DNA of 64,000 nucleotides. Source: Marispirochaeta sp. Lineage in GTDB: Bacteria > Spirochaetota > Spirochaetia > JC444 > Marispirochaetaceae. Below, piece by piece: positions 29,924-39,600 of this stretch. The translations under genes and the position numbers were made by a program. The DNA lies in assembly GCA_963676835.2 (NCBI GenBank), contig CAXXFF010000003.1, forward strand, positions 640,001 through 704,000, in the 5' to 3' direction. The notes beneath the pieces were generated by a model. That model had not been told where the DNA came from and did not search any database. It was given only the letters and a program-made list of their open reading frames with translations. Every line of letters starts with the position of its first letter. Position 1 is the stretch's first letter.

Positions 29924-30666
29924 ATACTTTGTTTATACGATATTCAAGAAACAATCCATTCCACCTTATGATTATAAATACACTCAAAGAGTATTCAGTC
30001 TTTTTGTTCCAAAGATTTTACTATGACCGATCACCCATTGGGATTACTAAATTCAAACAAGTATCTTCCCATTTTGAACCAGAATAAACATCAAGGATTG
30101 TAAAACGAATGACTGTTTCACCGTCATCTATTTTCTTCGGCAAACGTATCTCCTGAAACTGCGGTGTATCAGTAAGCACTACCTCGAAATCAATATCATG
30201 TTCTTCAATTTGAATCCGCATTTTTTTTATTCGAGAGTTATATTCATATAAATAAGGTTTTGAAAAATCCACATACCCATTAGAAATCAGCAGAAAATCA
30301 ACCGGCCAGTTCCACGTCACGGTTTCAATTTCGAACCATTCGCCAATACCCTGCCCGTCAATACCTTCTACCCAGGGGATGTTATCAGTAGAGGAAAATT
30401 GAATGGTGTTTTGACCATTGTAATCTTTATTGCCTTCAACCAAGGATGAACTACTACGAACTGAAACAACCCTTGGGTTTGCCCCACTCCATCTCAATCC
30501 CTCATCAGAACTAAACAAGAGAAAATTCTTATCAAATAAAAGTAATTTTCGAGGATGCACAAGCATTCCCAGTTTTTCTTTGTAAGTGTAATTTTTATTG
30601 CTGCTCAGGTATAAGTAATCAAAGTTATATTCTTTTTTTGATTGCCAGGTACCACGTTCGTAATAA
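29924..30666. repeat. Direct repeat copy A (~740 bp): 3' two-thirds of the candidate immunity gene plus downstream DNA
   Basis: Aligns by eye with 34667-35409 at offset 4743, with scattered substitutions. Confidence 0.9.
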
Positions 30667-30944
30667 GAGCTATTTGGAAATACAGAATCAGTCTTAATAG
30701 GCTGAGGTAAACTAAATCTTAAGGACGATTCTTTATTTTGGGCATTATCCAAGCGAAACTCATAAAAAGATCGATCAAACAAAAAATTGCCCATATAACA
30801 TGAGTAACCACTTTGGTCGAGCTTAACATAATCAAATCCTCCAAAGTAGCTTAGACGATTATTTAACTCGATTGGTCCTAAATAATCTTCTGCAAGACAT
30901 ACCAAAACCAAATTCAGTATTATGAAAATTATAACTTTATTCAT
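30021..30944 (-). CDS. Exported NADase-type (discoidin-like) glycan-binding domain protein; candidate immunity protein for the orphan Rhs tip
   Basis: Signal peptide; SSSL..., PWVEGIDGQGIGEW, ISNGY...YNSRIKK, ILDVYSGSKWEDTC; AT-rich; 20 nt after the orphan toxin stop. Confidence 0.75.
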   Translation of the reverse strand: MNKVIIFIILNLVLVCLAEDYLGPIELNNRLSYFGGFDYVKLDQSGYSCYMGNFLFDRSFYEFRLDNAQNKESSLRFSLPQPIKTDSVFPNSSYYERGTWQSKKEYNFDYLYLSSNKNYTYKEKLGMLVHPRKLLLFDKNFLLFSSDEGLRWSGANPRVVSVRSSSSLVEGNKDYNGQNTIQFSSTDNIPWVEGIDGQGIGEWFEIETVTWNWPVDFLLISNGYVDFSKPYLYEYNSRIKKMRIQIEEHDIDFEVVLTDTPQFQEIRLPKKIDDGETVIRFTILDVYSGSKWEDTCLNLVIPMGDRS

Positions 30945-30964
30945 AGCTTCTCCTAATTAAATGA

Positions 30965-32065
30965 TCACCTAGTCCAGTTCTTTGGAGTTTCATAACTAAA
31001 ACCCAATATACTCATGCCAAAACTTTCACCTTGTTTAAAACCAATCCCATCAATCGAATTTCTTAACCTTTCATAATCTTTGTTAGAAAAAATTTGGCAC
31101 CCCCAACTCAGAGCATTAGGCCGCTCTGGAAAATTTTTACTACCAGTTGAATGTATCCAAAAATTCCAAATCTTCTCAATTCCTTTTTTCTCAAGACCAT
31201 GGAGTTGTGCTGTTTCACTTGTTATTGACATAGCGTTCTTATAACTATTGGTTTCTCCGATTAGCTCTACTTGATAATCCTCACCAATAGGAAGTGTTGC
31301 GTTTGGATAATTTACATTACTTAAATCATCATCATGCTTTTCCAATTCAGTTTGATCTCCCGACCTATAATTCTTCTCACTCTGAACACCCGCATATTCC
31401 TGAAGGACTTGGTTCCCTACATACAGTTTTGCACTATCATTCTGATCAACTCGACCTTCACCTCGCTGAATTTCCAGGTGCGTTTCCTGTTTAAGGTCTC
31501 TTCCCTCATAAGCAAGTATTGGGTTGCCATTTACATCATCTGCATAAACCTCTGCCAAACCCGTTGGATCCACATACTTCAAAGGATTATTACTACAATA
31601 CCCATACCAGTTCATCCCATCCATCGCCGGGTCACTCGACATCCACCGCCCCCGCTTCGGATCAAGATACCGCGCTCCGTAATAATACAACCCTGTCTCC
31701 TCATCGTACTCCTTTCCGGTAAACCGAAACGGAATCACATCCGCCAGGGGATCAGTCTGCTCCTCCCACAGCTCTCCATAAGGAGTATACTCCAGGTGTT
31801 CATATTTCTCACCTTCATGGTCCGTAACAAACTGGGCACTACCTAAATGATCAGGGTGATAGTAGTAGGTATTTACCCGCTCATAGTCGAAGTTGGTACC
31901 GGACACATTGTCCTTTTCCAGGCTCAACCGCGTGGCTATCCTACTTTCTCCAAGGTATATATGCTTACTCTGCCGAAAATCAGACCCTTCGATTACCCCC
32001 TGAAAAAACTGGTCAAAGTACAGGGTTTCCTCGCTGGCACTAAGGTTATATTTACTGGTGCGCAT
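30965..32065 (-). CDS. Orphan Rhs core plus variable C-terminal toxin domain (L,D-transpeptidase-like)
   Basis: YYHPDHLGS, PFRFTGKEYDEETGLYYYGARY, NPLKYVDPTGL, near-identical to the giant gene; different tip containing FWIH-x14-SWGC. Confidence 0.88.
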   Translation of the reverse strand: MRTSKYNLSASEETLYFDQFFQGVIEGSDFRQSKHIYLGESRIATRLSLEKDNVSGTNFDYERVNTYYYHPDHLGSAQFVTDHEGEKYEHLEYTPYGELWEEQTDPLADVIPFRFTGKEYDEETGLYYYGARYLDPKRGRWMSSDPAMDGMNWYGYCSNNPLKYVDPTGLAEVYADDVNGNPILAYEGRDLKQETHLEIQRGEGRVDQNDSAKLYVGNQVLQEYAGVQSEKNYRSGDQTELEKHDDDLSNVNYPNATLPIGEDYQVELIGETNSYKNAMSITSETAQLHGLEKKGIEKIWNFWIHSTGSKNFPERPNALSWGCQIFSNKDYERLRNSIDGIGFKQGESFGMSILGFSYETPKNWTR

Positions 32066-32226
32066 ATTATCCGAGTCGTACAGATATTTTACCTGAGTAT
32101 TGGTGGTATCAAAGCCTACAAGGCGGTTTTCTTCATCCCAGGTGTAGGTTCGTAACCGTCAATTAAACCCCACCTTATGCCGACATCAATGAATGCCCTA
32201 CAATCCTCCCTTAATGGAGGAATCGC

Positions 32227-32556
32227 ATGGTCAAATATAACCGGGAACAGCAGTGTGAACATCTTAGAAATTGGGAAAAAAGCGGGTTAAGCGGGCAGGA
32301 GTATTGCCGGCAGCACGAAATACCACCCACAACGTTTTACAGCTGGAAAAAAGCCGAAAGGAAACGTGCCGTACAAACCGGAATAGGCTCTGAAACAGCA
32401 GCAGCCCGGTTCATACCAGTAAAAAGCTCTTTTCATCATTTATCCGAAAAAGAAACCATAACCATAAAGTTGCACGATATTGTTATTACTCTGCCGGTAA
32501 CAGCAAATCATGACCAGCTAAAAGCAGTATTAACAGCCTTGAGGGTTTATGAATGA
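32227..32556 (+). CDS. tnpA: IS66 accessory protein TnpA
   Basis: WEKSGLSGQEYCRQHEIPPTTFYSWKK HTH; FIPV. Confidence 0.88.
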   Translation: MVKYNREQQCEHLRNWEKSGLSGQEYCRQHEIPPTTFYSWKKAERKRAVQTGIGSETAAARFIPVKSSFHHLSEKETITIKLHDIVITLPVTANHDQLKAVLTALRVYE

Positions 32557-32900
32557 CCCCAGATTTATCAGCCGTACAGATATTTATCCGGCCAGGCATC
32601 ACTGATATGCGTAAAGCAATCAACGGCTTAGTTGTCATGGTGCAGGACTATATGAATGAAAATCCGTTAAGCGGCAATCTGTTTCTGTTCTGCAACCGCG
32701 AACGACGAATCATGAAGGCATTGTATTGGGACCGGAATGGTTTCTGCCTGTGGCAGAAGAAACTGGAAAAGCATAAATTCCCCTGGCCCGTAACTGAAGA
32801 AGATGCTCTTGCCATTACCCCGGAACAGCTATCGATGCTGTTGAAAGGCATCGATTTCTGGAATGAACATACTACTTTGGAATATTCCCGTGTTTCTTAA
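32553..32900 (+). CDS. tnpB: IS66 accessory protein TnpB
   Basis: TDMRKAINGL, LFLFCNR, YWDRNGFCLWQKKLE, FPWP. Confidence 0.95.
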   Translation: MTPDLSAVQIFIRPGITDMRKAINGLVVMVQDYMNENPLSGNLFLFCNRERRIMKALYWDRNGFCLWQKKLEKHKFPWPVTEEDALAITPEQLSMLLKGIDFWNEHTTLEYSRVS

Positions 32901-32962
32901 AGCATTTTAATGGTGTAAAGGAATTTACAGAGAAAGAGCTGTATGCTAGAATTTTTTTCAGT

Positions 32963-34492
32963 ATGGATGTTGCAGCCCTTCCGAAGGAAGTACAAGACTA
33001 CATTCACTCTCTTGAGACAGCAAACAGTTCCTGGGAACATCGCTACGGTGCCTTGGAGGAGCAGTACAAGTTGCTTCTTCTTCAGAAATTTGGCCGTAAA
33101 AGTGAAAAAGAACAACAGGATGAGTATCAACCGCTGTTGTTCGGACTTGAAGAGAATGGTACTTCGGAGAACGATGCATCAGAGACTTCCGTACCAGTTC
33201 AGTCCCATCCCCGCAGGAAATCCGGCAGAAAACCAATTGATGAAAGCCTTCCCCGGGAAGAGATCATCATTGATATTCCCGAAGATGAAAAACAGTGTGC
33301 CTGCGGCCATGCGCTGGTTCGTATCGGCGAAGAGACCAGCGAGCGCTTACAGGTAATCCCCCCGAAGATGTGGGTAGAACTGATTATCCGTCCCAAGTAT
33401 GCCTGCAAGAACTGTGAAGGCTCCGGGGATGAAGAGAAGCCGGCAGTAAGGGTTGCTGCCCCCCCTGCAAGTATCATCCCTAAAAGCATTGTAACGCCTG
33501 GATTGCTCTCCTTCATCATAGTGAATAAATTTGTAGATCATCTGCCCTATTACCGGCAGGAGAAACGATTTGAGCGGATCGGCATCCACATAAGCCGTCA
33601 GAACATGAGCAACTGGCAGCAGATGACGTATGAAAAGATTGAACCTTTAATTGAGACTCTGAAAATGCATATCCGGTCAGGGCCGGTCATCAACATGGAT
33701 GAAACCCCGGTCCAGGTACACGGAGAACCGGAACGCCCAGACACGGCGAAATCCTATATGTGGCTTGCCCGCGGCGGCCCTCCGGAAAACCCGGGATTGC
33801 TTTACTCATACCGGGAAACCCGCGGGTCCCGACATATTAAAGAACTTCTCGATGGATTCAGCGGCTTTTTACAGACTGACGGCTATGATGCGTATCGTAC
33901 AGCCCTGGCGGGGAATGAACAGATAGTCCATGTCGGCTGCATGGCCCATGTTCGGCGAAAGTTTCATGAAGCTGCAAAGGCCTCGAAGAAAGCAGCAAGT
34001 GCACAGGAAGCATTGAATGCCATCAGGAAACTGTATGGGATTGAAGAGCGTCTTCGCAGTATGGAATTGCCCGAAGACCAGTTTGTTGACCAGCGCAAAT
34101 CTCAGGCGGAACCGGTTTTGCAGAAGTTTAGAACCTGGCTTGAAAAACGCAGTCAGCAGGTTCCTCCTTCGTTATTGCTTGGGAAAGCAATTCAGTACAC
34201 CTTGAACGAATGGGAGAAACTGGTACACTACCTTGATTCGCCTTATCTGACGCCGGACAACAATAGCGCGGAGCAGGCCATCCGGCCATTTGTGCTGGGC
34301 CGAAAGAACTGGTTATTTTCCGGTAGTCCAAAGGGGGCTGAAAGTTCCTGTGCCATGTATTCACTGATTGAGACAGCCAAACAAAATAATGTGAACCCGA
34401 ACGACTACCTGAGACGCGTTTTTGAGGAAGCTCCACTCATGAATGAATCTGATAACTGGGAAAAATTGCTGCCATGGAATATTTCCCTCTGA
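32963..34492 (+). CDS. tnpC: IS66 transposase TnpC
   Basis: FGRKSEK, Zn finger, HLPYYRQ, MDETP, LQTDGY, CMAHVRRKF, DNNSAEQAIRPFVLGRKNWLF, LLPWN. Confidence 0.96.
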   Translation: MDVAALPKEVQDYIHSLETANSSWEHRYGALEEQYKLLLLQKFGRKSEKEQQDEYQPLLFGLEENGTSENDASETSVPVQSHPRRKSGRKPIDESLPREEIIIDIPEDEKQCACGHALVRIGEETSERLQVIPPKMWVELIIRPKYACKNCEGSGDEEKPAVRVAAPPASIIPKSIVTPGLLSFIIVNKFVDHLPYYRQEKRFERIGIHISRQNMSNWQQMTYEKIEPLIETLKMHIRSGPVINMDETPVQVHGEPERPDTAKSYMWLARGGPPENPGLLYSYRETRGSRHIKELLDGFSGFLQTDGYDAYRTALAGNEQIVHVGCMAHVRRKFHEAAKASKKAASAQEALNAIRKLYGIEERLRSMELPEDQFVDQRKSQAEPVLQKFRTWLEKRSQQVPPSLLLGKAIQYTLNEWEKLVHYLDSPYLTPDNNSAEQAIRPFVLGRKNWLFSGSPKGAESSCAMYSLIETAKQNNVNPNDYLRRVFEEAPLMNESDNWEKLLPWNISL

Positions 34493-34527
34493 TTTTTTTC
34501 TCTGGGTGAGGTTTAATTGACGGTTAC

Positions 34528-34650
34528 GTATCAAAGCCTACAAGGCGGTTTTCCTCATCCCAGGTGTAGGTTCTGCAATAGGTGCTTGCCTGGTCGTCCT
34601 CTTCCGTACGCATAAGGGCAAAACCGCGGTTTACGCTGCGAAGGTCTCCG
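34528..34650 (-). pseudogene. Rhs homology fragment (GDLRSVNRGFALMRTEEDDQASTYCRTYTWDEENRLVGFDT)
   Basis: Matches 37793-37915 of the giant gene with 2 visible substitutions; its first 46 bp also repeat on the other side of IS66. Confidence 0.88.
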
Positions 34651-34666
34651 ATTATTGATAGTTTAA

Positions 34667-35409
34667 ATACTTTGTTCATACGGGGATCAAGGAACAATCC
34701 ATTCCATCTTATGATTATAAATACACTCAAAGTGTATTCAGTCTTTTTGTTAGAAAGATGTTACTATGGCCGATCACCCATTGGTATTACTAAATTCAAA
34801 CAAGTATCTTCCCATTTTGAACCAGGATAAACATCAAGGATGGTAAAACGAATTATTGTTTCACCGTCATCTATTTTCTTCGGCAAACGTATCTCCTGAA
34901 ACTGCGGTGTATTAGTTAGCTCTACTTCGAATTCAATATCATGTTCTTCGATTTCAATCCGCATTTTTTTTATTCGAGAGTTATATTCATATAAATAAGG
35001 TTTTGCAAAATCCACATACCCATTAGAAATCAGCAGAAAATCAACCGGCCAGTTCCACGTCTCGGTTTCAATTTCGAACCATTCGCCAATACCCTGCCCG
35101 TCAATACCTTCTACCCAGGGGATGTTATCGGTTGAAGAAAATTGAACGGTATTTTGACCATTGTATTCTTTAATACCTTCAACAAAGGATGAACTACTAC
35201 GAACTGAAACAACCCTTGGGTTTGCTCCACTCCATCTCAATCCCTCATCAGAACTAAACAAGAGATAGTTTTCATCAAAAAGAAGCAGTTTACGAGGATG
35301 CACAAGCATTCCCAGTTTTTCTTTGTAAGTGTAATTATTATTGCTTCGTAGGTATAAGTAATCAAAGTTATTTTCTTTTTTTGATTGCCAGGTACCATGT
35401 TCATAGTAT
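34667..35409. repeat. Direct repeat copy B (~740 bp)
   Basis: Counterpart of 29924-30666. Confidence 0.9.
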
Positions 35410-35687
35410 TCACTCCCTACTGTAAGTCCACTATCTTTCAATGGATCAGGATACACAAAGAAAGCTGACGGGATGCGCTTCTCAGATAAACCTATCATAT
35501 ACTCGTAAAACTTTATATCAAACAAAAAGTCTCCAATAAAATTGGATGTTCCACCTCCATCAAGAAGAACTCGATCAAATGCGCCAAAAAAACTAATACG
35601 TTTCTCTAATCTTACAGGCTCTATATTGTTTTCTGCGACGAGACTAATTGATAGAGATAGCAAAAAAACAAATAAAATTTTTTTCAT
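34764..35687 (-). CDS. Exported NADase-type glycan-binding domain protein; candidate orphan immunity protein
   Basis: Signal peptide; C-terminal ~210 aa nearly identical to 30021-30944, N-terminal ~95 aa divergent. Confidence 0.75.
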   Translation of the reverse strand: MKKILFVFLLSLSISLVAENNIEPVRLEKRISFFGAFDRVLLDGGGTSNFIGDFLFDIKFYEYMIGLSEKRIPSAFFVYPDPLKDSGLTVGSEYYEHGTWQSKKENNFDYLYLRSNNNYTYKEKLGMLVHPRKLLLFDENYLLFSSDEGLRWSGANPRVVSVRSSSSFVEGIKEYNGQNTVQFSSTDNIPWVEGIDGQGIGEWFEIETETWNWPVDFLLISNGYVDFAKPYLYEYNSRIKKMRIEIEEHDIEFEVELTNTPQFQEIRLPKKIDDGETIIRFTILDVYPGSKWEDTCLNLVIPMGDRP

Positions 35688-35720
35688 TCCATTACCGGCC
35701 CCATCACTTTACAGGAATAA

Positions 35721-36635
35721 TTATTCTCTTTGCGAAAATATACTGGTCAGTCTATTGTATTCATCAGCACCCAACTCATGGTGCTCCTTCAAAGACTGAT
35801 CGTCAAGTTCAGAAAAAATACCAGACACCGCTGTATCGTTATATTTATATCCCGGATAAACTTCTATAATTTTTATTTTTATCTTTTTTACTTCCCGCGG
35901 AAAGTATACTGTATGAAATCTTACTTCATCAATAAAACGATATTCTATAGAAAAATTATCATAGTCATCATTCGAAATGATTTTGATTGTTTTTAGTCTA
36001 TTATTTGCTTTGTACAACGCTCGATTTGATAAATCTATATAACCATTCATAATGGAAATATTTTGATATGATTCATTAAATTCAACGTCAATCTCCTCAC
36101 CAATTCCTGGTCCTTCAACACCTTCAACCCAAGGGTAGGTTGATGAGAATGTTCCCCAAAACGGTTTAGAATTGATATTCCAGAATTCTCCATGATAGCC
36201 CATATCAATAACTACGTGTTTTAAATTTTCACTTTTGTATTGAATTAGATTCCCGTTAATCACTTCTTGAAAAAAACTTGTTGCGGTTATATCGCTTATA
36301 ATCGGTTTTACATTTGTATCTACAATAAGTACATCTTTATAGCCCCTGGGCTTCTCGAGATTATTAAAAAGAACGCTTGATCTATCTCCAAGAATAACGA
36401 TATATGTTCTATCCGAAGTTTTTAGATAACCGTAACCATCTTCTTCATAGCTAATATCTTCTTCATTGAAAGAATAGAAGCAATTACAAGCAGAATCAAA
36501 GATATAGCCTTTCCCTGAATAAAAAGCTATTTTTTTGTCAGGGTTAATCTGATCGATAAAGTTATATTCAAATGGTGTTGAGAAAAGATCTGTAATAACT
36601 ATAAACAATATTAAAATATAAGTATTTCTTGGCAC
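35721..36635 (-). CDS. Exported NADase-type glycan-binding domain protein; candidate cognate immunity protein of the giant toxin
   Basis: Starts 1 nt after the toxin stop; hydrophobic N-terminus; PWVEGVEGPGIGE, IMNGY...ANNRLK, EVYPGYKYNDTA; very AT-rich. Confidence 0.75.
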   Translation of the reverse strand: MPRNTYILILFIVITDLFSTPFEYNFIDQINPDKKIAFYSGKGYIFDSACNCFYSFNEEDISYEEDGYGYLKTSDRTYIVILGDRSSVLFNNLEKPRGYKDVLIVDTNVKPIISDITATSFFQEVINGNLIQYKSENLKHVVIDMGYHGEFWNINSKPFWGTFSSTYPWVEGVEGPGIGEEIDVEFNESYQNISIMNGYIDLSNRALYKANNRLKTIKIISNDDYDNFSIEYRFIDEVRFHTVYFPREVKKIKIKIIEVYPGYKYNDTAVSGIFSELDDQSLKEHHELGADEYNRLTSIFSQRE

Positions 36636-36636
36636 T

Positions 36637-39600
36637 TCAAAACTCCTTTAACAGACCATTTATTATTGTCCCTTCTTGTATCCCCCAAGATTCCATAAAA
36701 TCAATTGAATCGTTGAATTCAGACGATGATGGGATAAAACAGCCATCACTACCTTTATTGTTGTAATCAACTTCTGGATTACCAAGACTCGCATTTCCAT
36801 GATAAAGCCAGCGCCCACCTCTATTTGCACCTCCTCCAACGGCATTCCCGTCACGTCCAATAACTGTGCCATCTATGGTTGATGTATTTTGAATCTCCAG
36901 AACAACTCCAGGAATGGATCCACTTGTTGATTTATACTCCATATCAAATTTACCTGGAGCAATAGTATTACCCTGTAACTGTGAGCCAGATATAGGCTGG
37001 TCTCGATTGCCTTCAGTTTGAATATCTACTGTCTGTAACCCTCCAACAAAATGCTTGCCCTTTTCTCCAAGAATAGTCTCTGCTGAAATGACCAGAAAAT
37101 CTTTCCCTTGGGTATCCAACTCACCATATTTACTTTCATAACTCGATCTACTTCGAAATACCTCTGCAGTGAACTTTGTAGGTTCATATTGTCGGTCGGT
37201 AATAATTTCACCCGTTTTAACATGCTCACCGATAACATCTGCCAACCCCGTAGGATCCACATACTTCAAAGGATTATTACTACAATACCCATACCAGTTC
37301 ATCCCATCCATCGCCGGATCACTCGACATCCATCTCCCCCGCTTCGGATCAAGGTACCTCGCTCCGTAATAATACAGCCCCGTCTCCTCATCATACTCCT
37401 TTCCGGTAAACCGGAACGGAATCACATCCGCTAACGGATCAATCTGTTCCTCCCACAGCTCTCCATAAGGAGTATACTCCAGGTGTTCATATTTCTCACC
37501 TTCATGGTCCGTGACAAACTGGGCACTGCCTAAATGATCAGGGTGGTAATAGTAGGTATTTACCCGCTCATAATCGAAGTTGGTACCGGAAATATTATCC
37601 TTCTCCAGGCTCAACCGCGTGGCAATTCTGCTTTCCCCCAGATAAATATGCTTACTCTGCCGGAAATCTGACCCTTCGGTTACCCCCTGAAAAAACTGGT
37701 CAAAGTACAGGGTTTCCTCGCTGGCACTAAGGTTATATTTGCTGGTACGCATATTATCTGCGTCATACAGATATTTTACCTGGGTGTTGGTGGTATCAAA
37801 GCCTACAAGGCGGTTTTCCTCATCCCAGGTGTAGGTTCTGCAGTAGGTGCTTGCCTGGTCGTCCTCTTCCGTACGCATAAGGGCAAAACCGCGGTTTACG
37901 CTTCGAAGGTCTCCGTCGACGGACAGAGTGGACTCCCCAGCCTCAGCCTCGGCGGAAGGCCCGCCTTTCCGTTCTTCTATAACATTGCCGTTTTTATCGT
38001 AGGAGTAATAAATATTGCCTATCCACTGTACCCGGTGAGGTGTTCCCTCATAGTAGCTGTACTCCTGCTCATAATTGAGGGCACCCTTGGGGGTGGTTGA
38101 AGGAACATAACGCTGGCTGGAGTTTTTCTGCTGAAAGTTCCCCAGGCTGTCATAGACATAGTCCTGACTATAGATACTGGTAGTTACATCAATGCCGTCC
38201 GGATGGTGCCGGTAGGTGCCATCCGCTCCGGTCAGCTGGTTTAAGGCATCGTAACCATAGGTCTGGGTTGTGGTGTAGCCGTACACATCGTTGGTATACC
38301 CGGTTATGTTACCCACCGTATCAAAACTGTAGCTAATGTTCTGGTAGCGCCGGGCTGCCCCTTCCTTCCCGGTTTCTATGCTGTCCAGCCAGCGGCGGTA
38401 GGGGTTGTAGGTGTAATGTGTTTCAACGCTGTTGCCGTACTTCATGTACACCCTCTGGCCGTAGGTGTCGTAGCCGATGTCTTCTATATAGGTAGTAGAC
38501 TGCCCCTTGGTGATTCCGGTGACACTCTGCACCTGACCACCGGTGTTGTAGGTATAGGCAACTGTTTCCCCGTCGGGATAGGTAATCTCTTCCAGCCGGC
38601 CCAGGTAGTCGTATACAAACGAGGTACTGGCCGTTTCCGCATCAAGGGTCTGATCCAGACGATTCAGGGTTCTGATGGTTTCACTTACTTCGCCGAGCTT
38701 TCCGTAGGCATATTCGATGGTCCCCGAAGCATCGCTGCGAGTTATAAGTCTACCCGCAAGGTTATCGGCAGTGTCTACCGGGCTACCGTAGGCGTATTCC
38801 GTTGCGGTTGTTTTCGGGTAATTGACTCTAATTAAGCGGTTCAGTCCATCGTAGTCGTACCGGATGGATCTGCCGGAAGCGCGGAGATTTGAATCGATTT
38901 TTTCCGTCAGGTTGCCTGAATCATCATACCTGAACACAATTTTACCTGCATCATAACTTTCTACACTTGTTCTGCGGCCTGCCAGATCGTACTGGTAAGT
39001 CACAGGGTATGTTAAACCTGTTTCCAGCTGGTGTTCAAGGCTCTGCTGCAGCTCACCCAGGGGTGAGTAGCTGTATTCCGCTTTTTTCAATATTCTGCTG
39101 CCGGAATCGAGCATACGAAGTTCCGCAACCTGCCCCCGGATGTTTTTCAGGGTTTCCGTTCTGTTCTGCTTCGGATCGATGGTCAGTTCCCGCATCGTAT
39201 TACCTTCAATGCCATATTCCATCTGCATTTCTGCATCGTCATCGGGATCTTTAGGATCATCGGGGAATACAATATGCTTTACCCTGTCCAGGGGGTCGTA
39301 GGTTTTTATGGTAGGAAGAGACAAGCCCGCCAGGGCCGGCAGAACCGTGTTAAGCCCGCCGGAGACAGGCTGGCTGTCTGCTGTTTCCAAAAACACCGTC
39401 TGTCCTTCCTGGACAGTCCGGCCTGCACCGTCCTGTGCAATCAGCCCGGAACAGTTCCAGCCGTAGAGAGTATCATTTCCATCCCTCACCTCACCCTCTT
39501 TGGCTGTCTGAATAATCCGGCCCAGTCCGTCCGCAAAGGTAGCGGTGAGCATATCCTCACTGGAGGCAGTATCGTGGCTGATTTTGTTTACCGTTACTGC

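Larger units (their letters stand above)
32152..34527 (+). mobile_element. IS66 family insertion sequence (2376 bp)
   Basis: 23-bp terminal inverted repeats GTAACCGTCAATTAAACC(C/T)CACC; tnpA-tnpB-tnpC order. Confidence 0.95.

Noticed and set aside
34524..34730. 68-aa ORF as a gene
   Set aside because: Chimera of intergenic repeat DNA and an Rhs fragment, ending at the IS66 end.
35684..35719. Remnant C-terminus of a lost toxin (YSCKVMGPVME*, ATGA overlap with the second immunity gene)
   Set aside because: Only 11 codons; cannot be distinguished from chance.
30021..36635. NAD-glycohydrolase toxins
   Set aside because: Only the glycan-binding-type domain is recognisable; no catalytic NADase region is evident.
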